A stretch of 64,000 bases of DNA from an uncultured Spirochaetota bacterium (lineage in GTDB: Bacteria > Spirochaetota > Spirochaetia > SZUA-6 > Fen-1364). Of the stretch, positions 28,485-37,219 are shown piece by piece; position 1 is the first letter of the stretch, and each line of letters opens with the position of its first letter. The DNA is taken from positions 128,001 through 192,000 of the forward strand of contig CAWJSK010000013.1 in assembly GCA_963845535.1 (NCBI GenBank), in the 5' to 3' direction. Made by a program: the position numbers and the translations under genes. The notes under the pieces were generated by a model. That model ran no database searches. It worked only from the letters and a program-made list of their open reading frames with translations, and was not told where the DNA came from.

Positions 28485-29789
28485 ATGAGCGAGGCGCTGG
28501 AGGCGCTCATCATTGGCGGGGGGATGATCACCGCGGACCAGATCCTCCCGTCGCTGTACCATCTCCAGAGAATCGGGACGATAGGGCGCATCAGCGTCTG
28601 CGCTTCCCGCTCTTCCACGCTCCGCGCGCTTTCCGCAAATCCCCTCATCAAAGCCGCCTTCCCGGAGCGCTCCTTCTCCTCCTGGCCGGACCTTTCGCTG
28701 GAGGAAGACGACCCTCAGCCGCTGCTGTACCTCGAGGCCCTCGCGAGCCTGGGGACAGGACAGCTTGTCGTGGTGGCGGTCCCTGACAATCTCCACCACG
28801 AGGTGGTCATGGCCGCCCTTCGGTCCGGTCAGCATGTCCTTTGCGTCAAGCCGCTGGCCCTGGAGTACTGCCAGGCGGCCGAAATTGCCTCAGAGGCGGA
28901 CGCTCGCGGCCTCTTTGTCGGCGTGGAGTACCACAAGCGCTTCGACAGGAGGTCCCTCGTGGCCCGAGCCGCCTATCGGGCCGGCCGCTTCGGCGAGCTG
29001 GTCATGGGCGAGGCGCGGCTCCTGGAGCCCTACCGGTACAGAAGCTCGAGCTTCCAGCGCTGGTTCACCGCGGAGAACACTGATCCGTTCGCGTATGTCG
29101 GCTGCCACTACGTGGACCTCGTGTCCTTCATAACGGGCCTTCTCCCGGTGGAGGTCTCCGTTGTCGGAGCTCGCCGGCGGTTCCCGAACGGCAACGAGGG
29201 ATTCCTCTGGTCGCACGCCCGGGTGCGTTGGGAGAACGGAGCGCTTCTCTCCGTGACGAACGGCCTGGGGTACCCCGACCAGGCCGCAGGCAGCAACGAC
29301 CAGGGCATGACGCTGTACTGTGAAGGGCCGAAAGGCACGGGGATGATCCGTCATGACGACCATGACAGGGGCGTGAGCTACGCCTACCTCGACTCCGGCT
29401 CGGACGCCGCGTCCCCGCACGCTTCCTCTTTTCAGTACGTCAGCCCGGATTTCTTCCAGCTGGTTCCGTGGGAAGGGGAGGGGCTTCGACCCGTTGGCTA
29501 TGGCTTCGATTCGATCAAGGCCATCGTGGAGGCGGTCCGCGACGTAGAGGAAGCTTCGGGCAGCCTTCCGCCGCAGGATGCGCTGAAGGAGCGCCGCCGC
29601 CGCATTGCCGTAGTCGAACGGCAAGGGCTGATTGCAACGCCGTCGAACAGCGCCGCAATCGACCTCGCCGTGGACGCCGGCCGCCGGTCCATCCTGGCGG
29701 GAGGGGCCGCGGCGCGCATTGTTTATGGAAATGAGCCGAAAGTCGAGCTTTCAGGCGTGAAGGAGGGATTCGAATGGCCGCTCACGTAG
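28485..29789 (+). CDS. Gfo/Idh/MocA family oxidoreductase
   Basis: [37 protein letters not shown]. Confidence 0.88.
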   Translation: MSEALEALIIGGGMITADQILPSLYHLQRIGTIGRISVCASRSSTLRALSANPLIKAAFPERSFSSWPDLSLEEDDPQPLLYLEALASLGTGQLVVVAVPDNLHHEVVMAALRSGQHVLCVKPLALEYCQAAEIASEADARGLFVGVEYHKRFDRRSLVARAAYRAGRFGELVMGEARLLEPYRYRSSSFQRWFTAENTDPFAYVGCHYVDLVSFITGLLPVEVSVVGARRRFPNGNEGFLWSHARVRWENGALLSVTNGLGYPDQAAGSNDQGMTLYCEGPKGTGMIRHDDHDRGVSYAYLDSGSDAASPHASSFQYVSPDFFQLVPWEGEGLRPVGYGFDSIKAIVEAVRDVEEASGSLPPQDALKERRRRIAVVERQGLIATPSNSAAIDLAVDAGRRSILAGGAAARIVYGNEPKVELSGVKEGFEWPLT

Positions 29790-31183
29790 GAGTCATCGGC
29801 ATGGCCGTCATGGGGCAGAACCTCGCCCGCAACATGGAAAGCAGGGGCTACACGGTGGGCGTCTACAACAGGACCGCGGAGAAAACCCGTGAGCTGGTGG
29901 AGGGGCCGGGGAAAGGGAAGCGCCTCGTCCCTGCCTGGTCCATCGAAGAGCTGATTCGCGGACTTTCGAAACCCAGGACGCTCCTTATCATGGTGCAGGC
30001 GGGAAAGCCGGTCGACGAGGTGATCAACCAGGCGGCGCCCCTCCTCGAGAAGGGCGACATCATCATTGATGGAGGAAACTCATTCTTCCCGGACACCATT
30101 CGCAGGGCCCGGGAGGCGGAGTCCAAAGGCCTCCTGTTCCTCGGGGCAGGGGTCTCAGGAGGGGAGGAGGGCGCACTGCATGGCCCCAGCATCATGCCCG
30201 GTGGCCACCCGGCTGCGTGGAGTCACGCCGGGAAGATCCTCATGGACATCTCCGCAAAGGTGGACGGCCAGCCGTGCTGCGCGTATATCGGTTCCGACGG
30301 CGCGGGCCACTACGTGAAGATGGTGCACAACGGAATCGAATACGGGGACATGCAGCTTATCTCTGAGGCTTATTTCATCATGAAGAACCTCCTGGGGATG
30401 GACCATCAGGCGATGGCGGCAACCTTCGCGCGGTGGAACACGGGAGACTTGGATTCCTATCTTATCGAGATCACGGCGGACATCCTCGGGAAGAAAGACC
30501 CGGAGACGGGACTTCCCCTGGTGGAACAGATCCTGGACAAGGCGGGGCAGAAAGGGACCGGCAAATGGACTATCCAGTCCGCGCTGGATCTCGGGGTTGC
30601 CGCGGCCACCATGGGGGAAGCCGTTTTTGCCCGCACCATCTCCGCGCTGAAAGAGGAGAGAACGGAAGCCTCGAAGGTGCTGCGCGGACCATCAGGGAAG
30701 TTCTCGGGGAACGCCACCGAACTGGTACAGGCGGTTCATGACGCCCTGTATGCCTCCAAGATCTGCTCGTACGCGCAGGGCTTCAGCCTGATGAGGGCTG
30801 CGGCCCGGGAGTACGGGTGGGCGCTCAAGTTCGGAGAGATCGCGTCCATCTGGCGCGGGGGGTGCATCATCCGGGCCAGGTTCCTTGGAAGGATCAAGGA
30901 AGCGTACGACAAGAACCCGGACCTGCCGAACCTGCTCCTGGATCCCTACTTCCGAGAGATCGTGGACACGTCGCAGCAGGGCTGGCGGCGCCTGGTGGCC
31001 GCGGCCGCGGAGCGCGGCGTTCCCATTCCCGCTTTCTCATCCGCGCTTTCCTATTTCGATTCGTATCGGACGGAGAGGCTTCCCGCCAACCTGATCCAGG
31101 CCCAGCGGGACTATTTCGGCGCCCATACATATCAGAGGGTGGACAGACCAGGGACGTTCCACACGGAGTGGTCCAAGCTCTGA
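29774..31183 (+). CDS. gndA: 6-phosphogluconate dehydrogenase, NADP-dependent, decarboxylating
   Basis: [62 protein letters not shown]. Confidence 0.97.
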   Translation: MAAHVGVIGMAVMGQNLARNMESRGYTVGVYNRTAEKTRELVEGPGKGKRLVPAWSIEELIRGLSKPRTLLIMVQAGKPVDEVINQAAPLLEKGDIIIDGGNSFFPDTIRRAREAESKGLLFLGAGVSGGEEGALHGPSIMPGGHPAAWSHAGKILMDISAKVDGQPCCAYIGSDGAGHYVKMVHNGIEYGDMQLISEAYFIMKNLLGMDHQAMAATFARWNTGDLDSYLIEITADILGKKDPETGLPLVEQILDKAGQKGTGKWTIQSALDLGVAAATMGEAVFARTISALKEERTEASKVLRGPSGKFSGNATELVQAVHDALYASKICSYAQGFSLMRAAAREYGWALKFGEIASIWRGGCIIRARFLGRIKEAYDKNPDLPNLLLDPYFREIVDTSQQGWRRLVAAAAERGVPIPAFSSALSYFDSYRTERLPANLIQAQRDYFGAHTYQRVDRPGTFHTEWSKL

Positions 31184-31339
31184 AAGGCCTTCGACCCAAA
31201 CACAGCATGCCAATACCTATGAAAAACGAAGGAATTGTCCAAAAACTTGCAACTATTGCGTTATTTATAGGTGCGCGAGGGTGATGTGTGCGCGGCGCAC
31301 GCCGCGCGCCGTGTGCGCAGGGGACCGCCAGGCGCGCCT

Positions 31340-32290
31340 TCAATAGCCCGCGCGGGCGATGTTCTCCGCGACGAATCTGGCCGAATCGAAAAGGCACCTC
31401 TCCTCATCCGCGGGAAGCGGGAAATCCAGGACGCGGGACACACCCTCCTTCCCCACGATTGCCGGGAAACTGAAGGCGGTCTTCTTCACGCCCTTGTAAT
31501 CCTTGCGGACCGTTGAGATGGGGAGGATGCGCCGCTCGTCCCGTACAATGGATTCCACCAGGACGGAGGCCGCCTGCGCAATGGCGTAGCAGGTTGAGCC
31601 CTTCGCCTGGATGATGCGGTTGGCGGCCTGACGGACTTCGTTGATCGTGTTCTGCTTGAACGTTTCCAGCTCCTCGCAGACCCCGCAGACGGGGCAGAAC
31701 TCGTTGAAGTGTATGCCGCCGATAGTGAGGAGCGACCACGCGGGGAACGAGGTGTCTCCGTGCTCTCCCAGCACGTACCCGTGGATGCTCTGGGGGTTCA
31801 CCTTGCAGTGGCGGGCAACGTACTCGCGCAGGCGCGCGGAATCCAGGATTGTCCCGGAGCCGAGGACGCGCTGCGCCGGGAAGCCGCTCTCCGCAAACGC
31901 AACCCAGGTCAGGACGTCCACCGGGTTGGTGATGACAAGGAAGATGCCCTGGAAGCCGGATTCCACGATCGACTTCACGATGGACTTCATGACGGTGATG
32001 TTGCGCTCCATGAGGTCCACGCGCGTCTCTCCCGGTTTCTGCCGCGCCCCCGCGGTGATGATTGCAAGGCCGCTGTCCCGGCAGGACTGGTAGTCCGCGG
32101 CTTCCATGTTGATGGACCGGCCCAGCGGCGCCCCTTGCTTGATGTCAAGGATTTCCGCCTCCGCTTTTTCCCTGTTCATGTCGATGAGGGCGATCTCGGT
32201 GACGGCCCCCTTGAGGCACAGGTCAAAGGCGAGCGTTGATCCCACTGCGCCCGCCCCGATGATCGCGACCTTGCTGGTGTTGACCTCCAT
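31340..32290 (-). CDS. ldh: L-lactate dehydrogenase
   Basis: GAGAVG, AGARQKPGETRVDL (Gln at the specificity position), TNPVD, GTILDSAR, LGEHGD. Confidence 0.92.
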   Translation of the reverse strand: MEVNTSKVAIIGAGAVGSTLAFDLCLKGAVTEIALIDMNREKAEAEILDIKQGAPLGRSINMEAADYQSCRDSGLAIITAGARQKPGETRVDLMERNITVMKSIVKSIVESGFQGIFLVITNPVDVLTWVAFAESGFPAQRVLGSGTILDSARLREYVARHCKVNPQSIHGYVLGEHGDTSFPAWSLLTIGGIHFNEFCPVCGVCEELETFKQNTINEVRQAANRIIQAKGSTCYAIAQAASVLVESIVRDERRILPISTVRKDYKGVKKTAFSFPAIVGKEGVSRVLDFPLPADEERCLFDSARFVAENIARAGY

Positions 32291-32331
32291 CTGTCTGCGC
32301 CTCCCCTGCGCCAGCTAAAGATACTGAAAAG

Positions 32332-32368
32332 TGTAACAAAATCCGCCTGCTGGTGTTCTTATCTATAG
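32332..32368 (+). promoter_or_regulatory. Possible ECF-sigma-type promoter (TGTAAC ... TCTTAT) upstream of the candidate RNA
   Basis: TGTAAC at 32332-32337 and TCTTATCTATAG ending at 32368; similarity to ECF -35 AAC / -10 motifs judged by eye. Confidence 0.35.
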
Positions 32369-32473
32369 AGACAGGACGGAATCTATATTCGCATGGGGTA
32401 AGTTTCACCTCCTTTCCTTGCCCCTTTGTCTCACAATGGGGATAGGTGTTACCTATCCCCACATTTTTTCTTT
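32368..32473 (+). ncRNA. Candidate structured small RNA (or attenuator leader) with an anti-Shine-Dalgarno loop
   Basis: Closing stem GAGACAGG/TTTGTCTC, hairpin GGGGTAAG/CTTGCCCC with loop TTTCACCTCCTTTC, then a terminator; no ORF. Confidence 0.55.
32437..32473 (+). terminator. Intrinsic terminator
   Basis: Perfect 11-bp stem TGGGGATAGGT/ACCTATCCCCA, loop GTT, followed by CATTTTTTCTTT. Confidence 0.8.
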
Positions 32474-32504
32474 CATTCAATGTTTTCCGCCGCCCGGAGC
32501 AGTC

Positions 32505-33284
32505 ATGCGAATCCTCGTGATGTGCCCCATCCCCATCGAATACGCAAGCTGTCGGACGGCGATGTCCCTGCGTGACAGCCAGCAGATCCTGGGTTGCCGG
32601 GTAAGCCGCACCACCATTGCAAATACCGAGATCATCGCGCTGCAGTCCGGTCCCGCAAAAGCGCGGGCGGCATCCGCCACCGTGGCCGGCATCGACGCGC
32701 TGCAGCCTGATATCGTCATCGACACCGGCACCTGCGCGGCGCTTGACGGAGACCTGATCGTCAACAGCATCGTGATCGGGCTGACGTGCCTGGAGTACGA
32801 CATTTCCGGAAGCGGGCTTCCTGCCCGGATCATACCGGAGATGCGTCTGCCCTCCGCGCTGCACCTCGTGGGGCGCCGGGAGGCGCAAAGGCTCGTGCGG
32901 GCGGCCGTTGAGCTCGGAAATGGGCTGGGTCTCCAGGTAAGGTCCGGCGTGCAGGCCTGCGGCGAGTTCTTCATCCAATCGGCGCAGACCCGCGAGTCCC
33001 TGCGCGCCGTGAGCGGCGCGGTGGCCTGCAATTGGGAAACCGCGGGCGTCTTCATAGGCGCGCTTCGGGCGCGCGTGCCTCCTCTCAGCCTGAGGGTGGT
33101 CAGCGACCTTGGGGATGAGGACTCTTTGCGGGACTTCCGCAGGAATGCCCGGCGAAGCGCGCAGGAGCTGTATCGGTTCCTGCGGTCCGGAGTCGAGTCG
33201 GGGTGGCTCCTTGATTTCCACGCACTGTGGAAGACGATTGGGCGGACCCAGGTGGAGAAGATGACCCAGCTGGTTTTGCCTTAG
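32505..33284 (+). CDS. MTA/SAH nucleosidase-like protein (PNP_UDP_1 family), atypical active site
   Basis: MCPIPIEY, SGPAKARAA, IDTGTCAAL, ACNWETAG, LRVVSD; start ATG 32505. Confidence 0.75.
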   Translation: MRILVMCPIPIEYASCRTAMSLRDSQQILGCRVSRTTIANTEIIALQSGPAKARAASATVAGIDALQPDIVIDTGTCAALDGDLIVNSIVIGLTCLEYDISGSGLPARIIPEMRLPSALHLVGRREAQRLVRAAVELGNGLGLQVRSGVQACGEFFIQSAQTRESLRAVSGAVACNWETAGVFIGALRARVPPLSLRVVSDLGDEDSLRDFRRNARRSAQELYRFLRSGVESGWLLDFHALWKTIGRTQVEKMTQLVLP

Positions 33285-33430
33285 CGCGGCGTCCGCGCCG
33301 AACAGATTCTCCTTGCGCTCCCGACCCGGGCGCGGTAGTATGGCTGCCGGGAGATGCGCCGGCCCACGGGGCGCACAACGGCTGACTCTCGGAGGGGCCG
33401 CAGGCAAAGCCGCGGCCGCAGGAGGCTGCA

Positions 33431-33640
33431 GTGTCGAAGACTTTCGTTGAGACCTCGACTGAGCTTCTGGAAGGGCTCGATGAGATGATTAAGGAAGGCT
33501 ATTACGCGAACAGGACGGAGGGCATCAATGACGCCATCCGAATGCTGCTCAAGCAGTACAAGCTTTCCAAGCTCCATGACAAGGATTCCCAGGCGCAAAA
33601 GACCGAAAACAGCCCGGTGGCGGGCGGAGGGGCGCACTAG
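33431..33640 (+). CDS. Small ribbon-helix-helix (CopG/NikR-like) DNA-binding protein
   Basis: LLEGLDEMIKEGYYANRTEGINDAIRMLL; AGGAGG RBS. Confidence 0.75.
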   Translation: MSKTFVETSTELLEGLDEMIKEGYYANRTEGINDAIRMLLKQYKLSKLHDKDSQAQKTENSPVAGGGAH

Positions 33641-33642
33641 GA

Positions 33643-34503
33643 GTGATCGGGCAGATCGTCACGGGGATAGACGGATCGCCCAATTCCCTGGCGGCGTTCG
33701 AGTACGCCGTCGACCTTGCCGGCCGCGTGAAGGCATCCGTCAAGATTGTCTTTGTGATCGACTCCCGAAAGACCGACCTCCCCATCATCTACACGGCAAG
33801 CCACTTCGACTACGGGTTCGAGCGCGTTTATATCCCGCCGGACCCCGGCTTGAAGGGTTTGTACGAGCAGGTGCGCAAGGACATCAGGTCCTTTGCGGAG
33901 AATTGCCTGGACCAGTGCCGGACCGACGCGGAGACGGTGGGGATCAAGACTTCGACGGTGCTCCGGGAAGGCCTTCCCTCCGGAGTGCTTGCGGAGGAAG
34001 CCCGTTCGGGAGATTTCCTCGTCATCGGACAGAAGGGTGAGCATGCCCATATCCAGCGAGCCATCGTTGGGTCAACCACGGAGGACGTGGTGCGCTCCTC
34101 ACCCCGGCCCGTGCTGGTGTGTCCCATGCCATTCCGAAGCCCCAAGCGGATGCTCTTCCCGTATGACGGAAGCCCCGGCGCGGAAAAAGCGCTGCAGTTC
34201 TGCGTCAATGCGCTGGGCGCCATCTGGGATGAGATGGTGGTGCTGACCGTTACGGAAGAGATGGAGGAGAGCTTCCCCTTCGATTCCGAGCTGGGGTACC
34301 TGAACACACACGGCATCACGTATCGGCTCATTACGGAGAAGGGCAAGCCGGTGGACATGATTCCCCGGATCGCAAAACGGGAAACCGCAGACATCATCCT
34401 GATCGGCGCGCACGGCCGGCACAAGATGCGGGACTACCTGCTCGGACCCACCGCCTCGCACCTCATCCGTAAAAGCGAGCTTCCCGTGCTCGTGACAGTG
34501 TGA
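33643..34503 (+). CDS. Universal stress protein, tandem USP domains
   Basis: IVTGIDGS..VGSTTEDVVRSSPRPVLV; LFPYDGS..GAHG..LLGPTASHLIRKSELPVL. Confidence 0.92.
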   Translation: MIGQIVTGIDGSPNSLAAFEYAVDLAGRVKASVKIVFVIDSRKTDLPIIYTASHFDYGFERVYIPPDPGLKGLYEQVRKDIRSFAENCLDQCRTDAETVGIKTSTVLREGLPSGVLAEEARSGDFLVIGQKGEHAHIQRAIVGSTTEDVVRSSPRPVLVCPMPFRSPKRMLFPYDGSPGAEKALQFCVNALGAIWDEMVVLTVTEEMEESFPFDSELGYLNTHGITYRLITEKGKPVDMIPRIAKRETADIILIGAHGRHKMRDYLLGPTASHLIRKSELPVLVTV

Positions 34504-35144
34504 CACCGAACCGCGACGCTGAGCGGATGGTGAAGCTCCAGATCGAGAACCGCGACATCACCGACGCCCGGCTGCTCGAGGTCATGCGCAGCGTCCCTCG
34601 ACATGCATTTGTTCCCCCGGGAAGCCGCGCCGGCGCATACGGGGATTTTCCCGTGCCGATTGGGCACGGGCAGACCATTTCCCAACCCTACATGGTGGCC
34701 TTCATGACACAGTCTCTCTGCCTCAGGGGCCCGGAGAAGGTGCTGGAGATCGGCACCGGCAGCGGCTATCAGACCGTCATCCTGGCCGCGCTCGCCGTCA
34801 GCGTCTTCACCGTGGAGCGCATACCGGAGCTCGCGGCCATGGCGCAGAAGGCGCTCGGCTCCCTGGGGGTCGCCAACGTCAGCTTCCGCGTGGGGGATGG
34901 CGGTCCCGGCTGGCCCGAGGAGGCGCCGTTCGACCGCATCCTCATAACGGCGGCCGCTCCGACCGTCCCGTTGATCCTGCGGGCGCAGCTCGCCGACAAC
35001 GGGATCATGGTGCTTCCCGTGGGGGACTGGAGGAGGTCCCAGACGATCGTGACAGTCAGAAGAGCCGGCGAATCGTTCACCTCCCAGGAGAGCATTGGGT
35101 GCCGGTTCGTTCCGCTGATCGGCGAGGGGGGCTTCGCGAGCTGA
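34500..35144 (+). CDS. pcm: Protein-L-isoaspartate O-methyltransferase
   Basis: VPRHAFV, PIGHGQTISQPY, VLEIGTGSGYQ, GWPEEAPFDRI, RFVPLIG. Confidence 0.95.
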   Translation: MTPNRDAERMVKLQIENRDITDARLLEVMRSVPRHAFVPPGSRAGAYGDFPVPIGHGQTISQPYMVAFMTQSLCLRGPEKVLEIGTGSGYQTVILAALAVSVFTVERIPELAAMAQKALGSLGVANVSFRVGDGGPGWPEEAPFDRILITAAAPTVPLILRAQLADNGIMVLPVGDWRRSQTIVTVRRAGESFTSQESIGCRFVPLIGEGGFAS

Positions 35145-35149
35145 AGAGA

Positions 35150-35214
35150 GCTGACGCTCCGCGTTGACGCCGCACGCTGACGCTTCGCGTTGACGCTCCG
35201 CGCTTGACAAAGCC
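35150..35214. repeat. Degenerate 13-bp tandem repeat (G[C/T]TGACGC..), four copies plus a partial fifth containing TTGACA
   Basis: GCTGACGCTCCGC / GTTGACGCCGCAC / GCTGACGCTTCGC / GTTGACGCTCCGC / GCTTGACAAAGCC. Confidence 0.75.
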
Positions 35215-35241
35215 GCGCCCGAGACGGCTCATTGAGCAAAC

Positions 35242-36267
35242 ATGGCATTACCAGTGTTTCGTCCCACCGTCAAAAGAAAAGACATGGGGAGCGTCTTGTC
35301 CTGCATTGTTTCCGACAAGCTCGGGCCCGGAGAAATCTCGCGGGAGCTCATCTCCCGCGCGTGCCAGCTCCTGGGGCACGCCGGCGGGGTTTCCCTGTGC
35401 AATTCCTACCTGGCGCTTTCCGTCGCGCTGGACGCGCTGGGCCTTGCGCCGCGGGACCCCGTGATCCTCCCGGCGCTTGCCCCCTCCCTGTGGCTGCGCG
35501 TCATCGTGGACAAGGGCCTTGTCCCGCTCGTTGCGGACGTGGAGCCGGAGTCCGGTTCCATCAATCCCCAGGAGGTGTCCCGCCTGGCGCAGCAAGGCGC
35601 CAAGGCCGTCCTCGTTCACCACACCCTGGGAGTGATTGCGGACACGGAAGCGCTCAGGGCCCATGGCCTTCCCATCCTTGAGGACGCGTCGCAGGGCCTT
35701 GGCGGGACATTTGCTGAGAAGCCCTGCGGCTCCGGTGCGGATGTCTGCCTCATCTCGCTGGCGCCGGAAGACATCATCACCTGCGGCGGCGGCGCGCTTG
35801 TCCTTGCAAAGGGCAAGCCGCTGCTCGCGGCCCTGCGGCGGGTGGTGGAAAGCTCTCCGCTGTACTCGCCGATTGCCGACATGAACGCGGCGCTCGGCAT
35901 CTCCCAGATAGCGGCCCTGGAGAGCTTTGCCCGCGTGCGCCGCGAGGTGGCTGCTCTGTTCTCGCAGTCCCTCCTGAAGTCCCGTCACAAGAGCCTCGTC
36001 TCGAGACTGGACTCGGACAACGTGCTTTCCTCGTTTCCCGTGAACCTGGCGGACGGGATGAAGGAAGCGCGCCAGTACGCCCTCAAGAAGAACGTGGACA
36101 CGGCTGCAGCGTTCGCCGACACTGTCGCCGCGCTGGATGACGGTCCGGCGGCCCAGAGCGCGAACGCGCGTTCGCTGGTGCTGCGTTGCGTGCTGTTCCC
36201 GCTGTACCCCACGCTGGGCAAGCGCGACGTGGAGACCATGGGGAAAGTGCTGGCCACGCTGCCCTAG
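35242..36267 (+). CDS. DegT/DnrJ/EryC1/StrS-fold protein lacking the catalytic Lys
   Basis: VILPA, LVHHTLG, ILEDASQGLG, SLAPEDIITCGGGA, NAALGISQ, LFPLYP. Confidence 0.8.
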   Translation: MALPVFRPTVKRKDMGSVLSCIVSDKLGPGEISRELISRACQLLGHAGGVSLCNSYLALSVALDALGLAPRDPVILPALAPSLWLRVIVDKGLVPLVADVEPESGSINPQEVSRLAQQGAKAVLVHHTLGVIADTEALRAHGLPILEDASQGLGGTFAEKPCGSGADVCLISLAPEDIITCGGGALVLAKGKPLLAALRRVVESSPLYSPIADMNAALGISQIAALESFARVRREVAALFSQSLLKSRHKSLVSRLDSDNVLSSFPVNLADGMKEARQYALKKNVDTAAAFADTVAALDDGPAAQSANARSLVLRCVLFPLYPTLGKRDVETMGKVLATLP

Positions 36268-36343
36268 CGCAGTACTCTGCGCGGGGGCGGTAATCCGCGC
36301 GGAGACTTGCTTTCTCTTCCCTGCGCAACTATAGTTAGCGCAC

Positions 36344-37219
36344 ATGGCGTTCCAGCCTCGCGAGATGCGCAAGGTACTTGTCGTCATCAACTCCCAGAAG
36401 GACGACGTGAAGAGCGTCGTGCGCGCCATTGAGGATTTCGCGCACGCGCGCGGCGCGCAAGCCGTCTTCATCGACCATAAGAACCACACCCGAGAGACTG
36501 TCGCGGACGTGGACCTCGCCATCACCCTCGGCGGGGACGGGACGCTTCTGTCATGCGCGCGCATGCTGGCCCAGTCGCGCACCCGCGGGACAGAGATCCC
36601 CATTCTCGCCGTCAACATGGGTGATTTCGGATTCATCACGGAAGTCTCGCGCGGCGAGCTGATCGACACCTGGGAGAAGTACCTCGCCGGGCGCCTCGCC
36701 GTCGGAGAACGGGTCATGCTTTCGGTCACCGTTGTGCGGGATGGGAAGGAGATAGGCGCATTCCTCGGGCTCAATGAGGCCGTCATTGGGATCGGAGGGA
36801 TTTCGCGCATGATCAGGCTGAAGATCTTCTTCTCGGACCAGTACCTTGGCAGATACCGCGCGGACGGCGTCATCGTCGCCACCCCCACGGGCTCCACGGC
36901 GTACTCCATGGCCGCCGGCGGCCCCATCCTTCACCCTGAGATGGAAGCGTTCATCCTGACCCCCATCTGCCCCTTCACGCTGTCAAACCGCCCCACCGTG
37001 GTGCCGGCCTCCGTGGTCCTGCGCATCGAGGTGGAGGAGCCGCAAAAGGCGGAAACGGTGCTGACCATCGACGGGCAGGAGACGTTCTTCCTCCATCCCC
37101 GGGACAGCGTCATCATGCGGCGGGCGGAGCAGAAGACGCTCATCGTCCGCACGGACCGTCGCGGCTTCTATGAGGTGCTCAGGACCAAGCTGAACTGGGC
37201 GGGGGAGCCGAATGCTTGA
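36344..37219 (+). CDS. nadK: NAD kinase
   Basis: LGGDGT, NE, ADGVIVATPTGSTAYSMAAGGP, TPICPF..RP. Confidence 0.95.
   Translation: MAFQPREMRKVLVVINSQKDDVKSVVRAIEDFAHARGAQAVFIDHKNHTRETVADVDLAITLGGDGTLLSCARMLAQSRTRGTEIPILAVNMGDFGFITEVSRGELIDTWEKYLAGRLAVGERVMLSVTVVRDGKEIGAFLGLNEAVIGIGGISRMIRLKIFFSDQYLGRYRADGVIVATPTGSTAYSMAAGGPILHPEMEAFILTPICPFTLSNRPTVVPASVVLRIEVEEPQKAETVLTIDGQETFFLHPRDSVIMRRAEQKTLIVRTDRRGFYEVLRTKLNWAGEPNA

Noticed and set aside
32383..32415. Type I toxin or leader peptide on the minus strand after AAGGAGGTGA
   Set aside because: The following ORF is only Met-Arg-Ile-stop, 13 nt from GGAGG, with no hydrophobic peptide; the + strand loop reading fits better.
32403..32416. 16S rRNA gene fragment
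   Set aside because: Only the 12-nt anti-SD tail matches; no helix 45 or other rRNA sequence flanks it.
32368..32473. SAH or SAM riboswitch upstream of the nucleosidase-like gene
   Set aside because: I could not find the conserved core sequences of those aptamers.
33343..33430. Glycine, c-di-GMP-I or ZTP riboswitch
   Set aside because: Scattered short similarities (GGGAGA, CTCTC, GCAAAG), but the required cores (CCGAAG; GGCAAA..GAAA) are missing.
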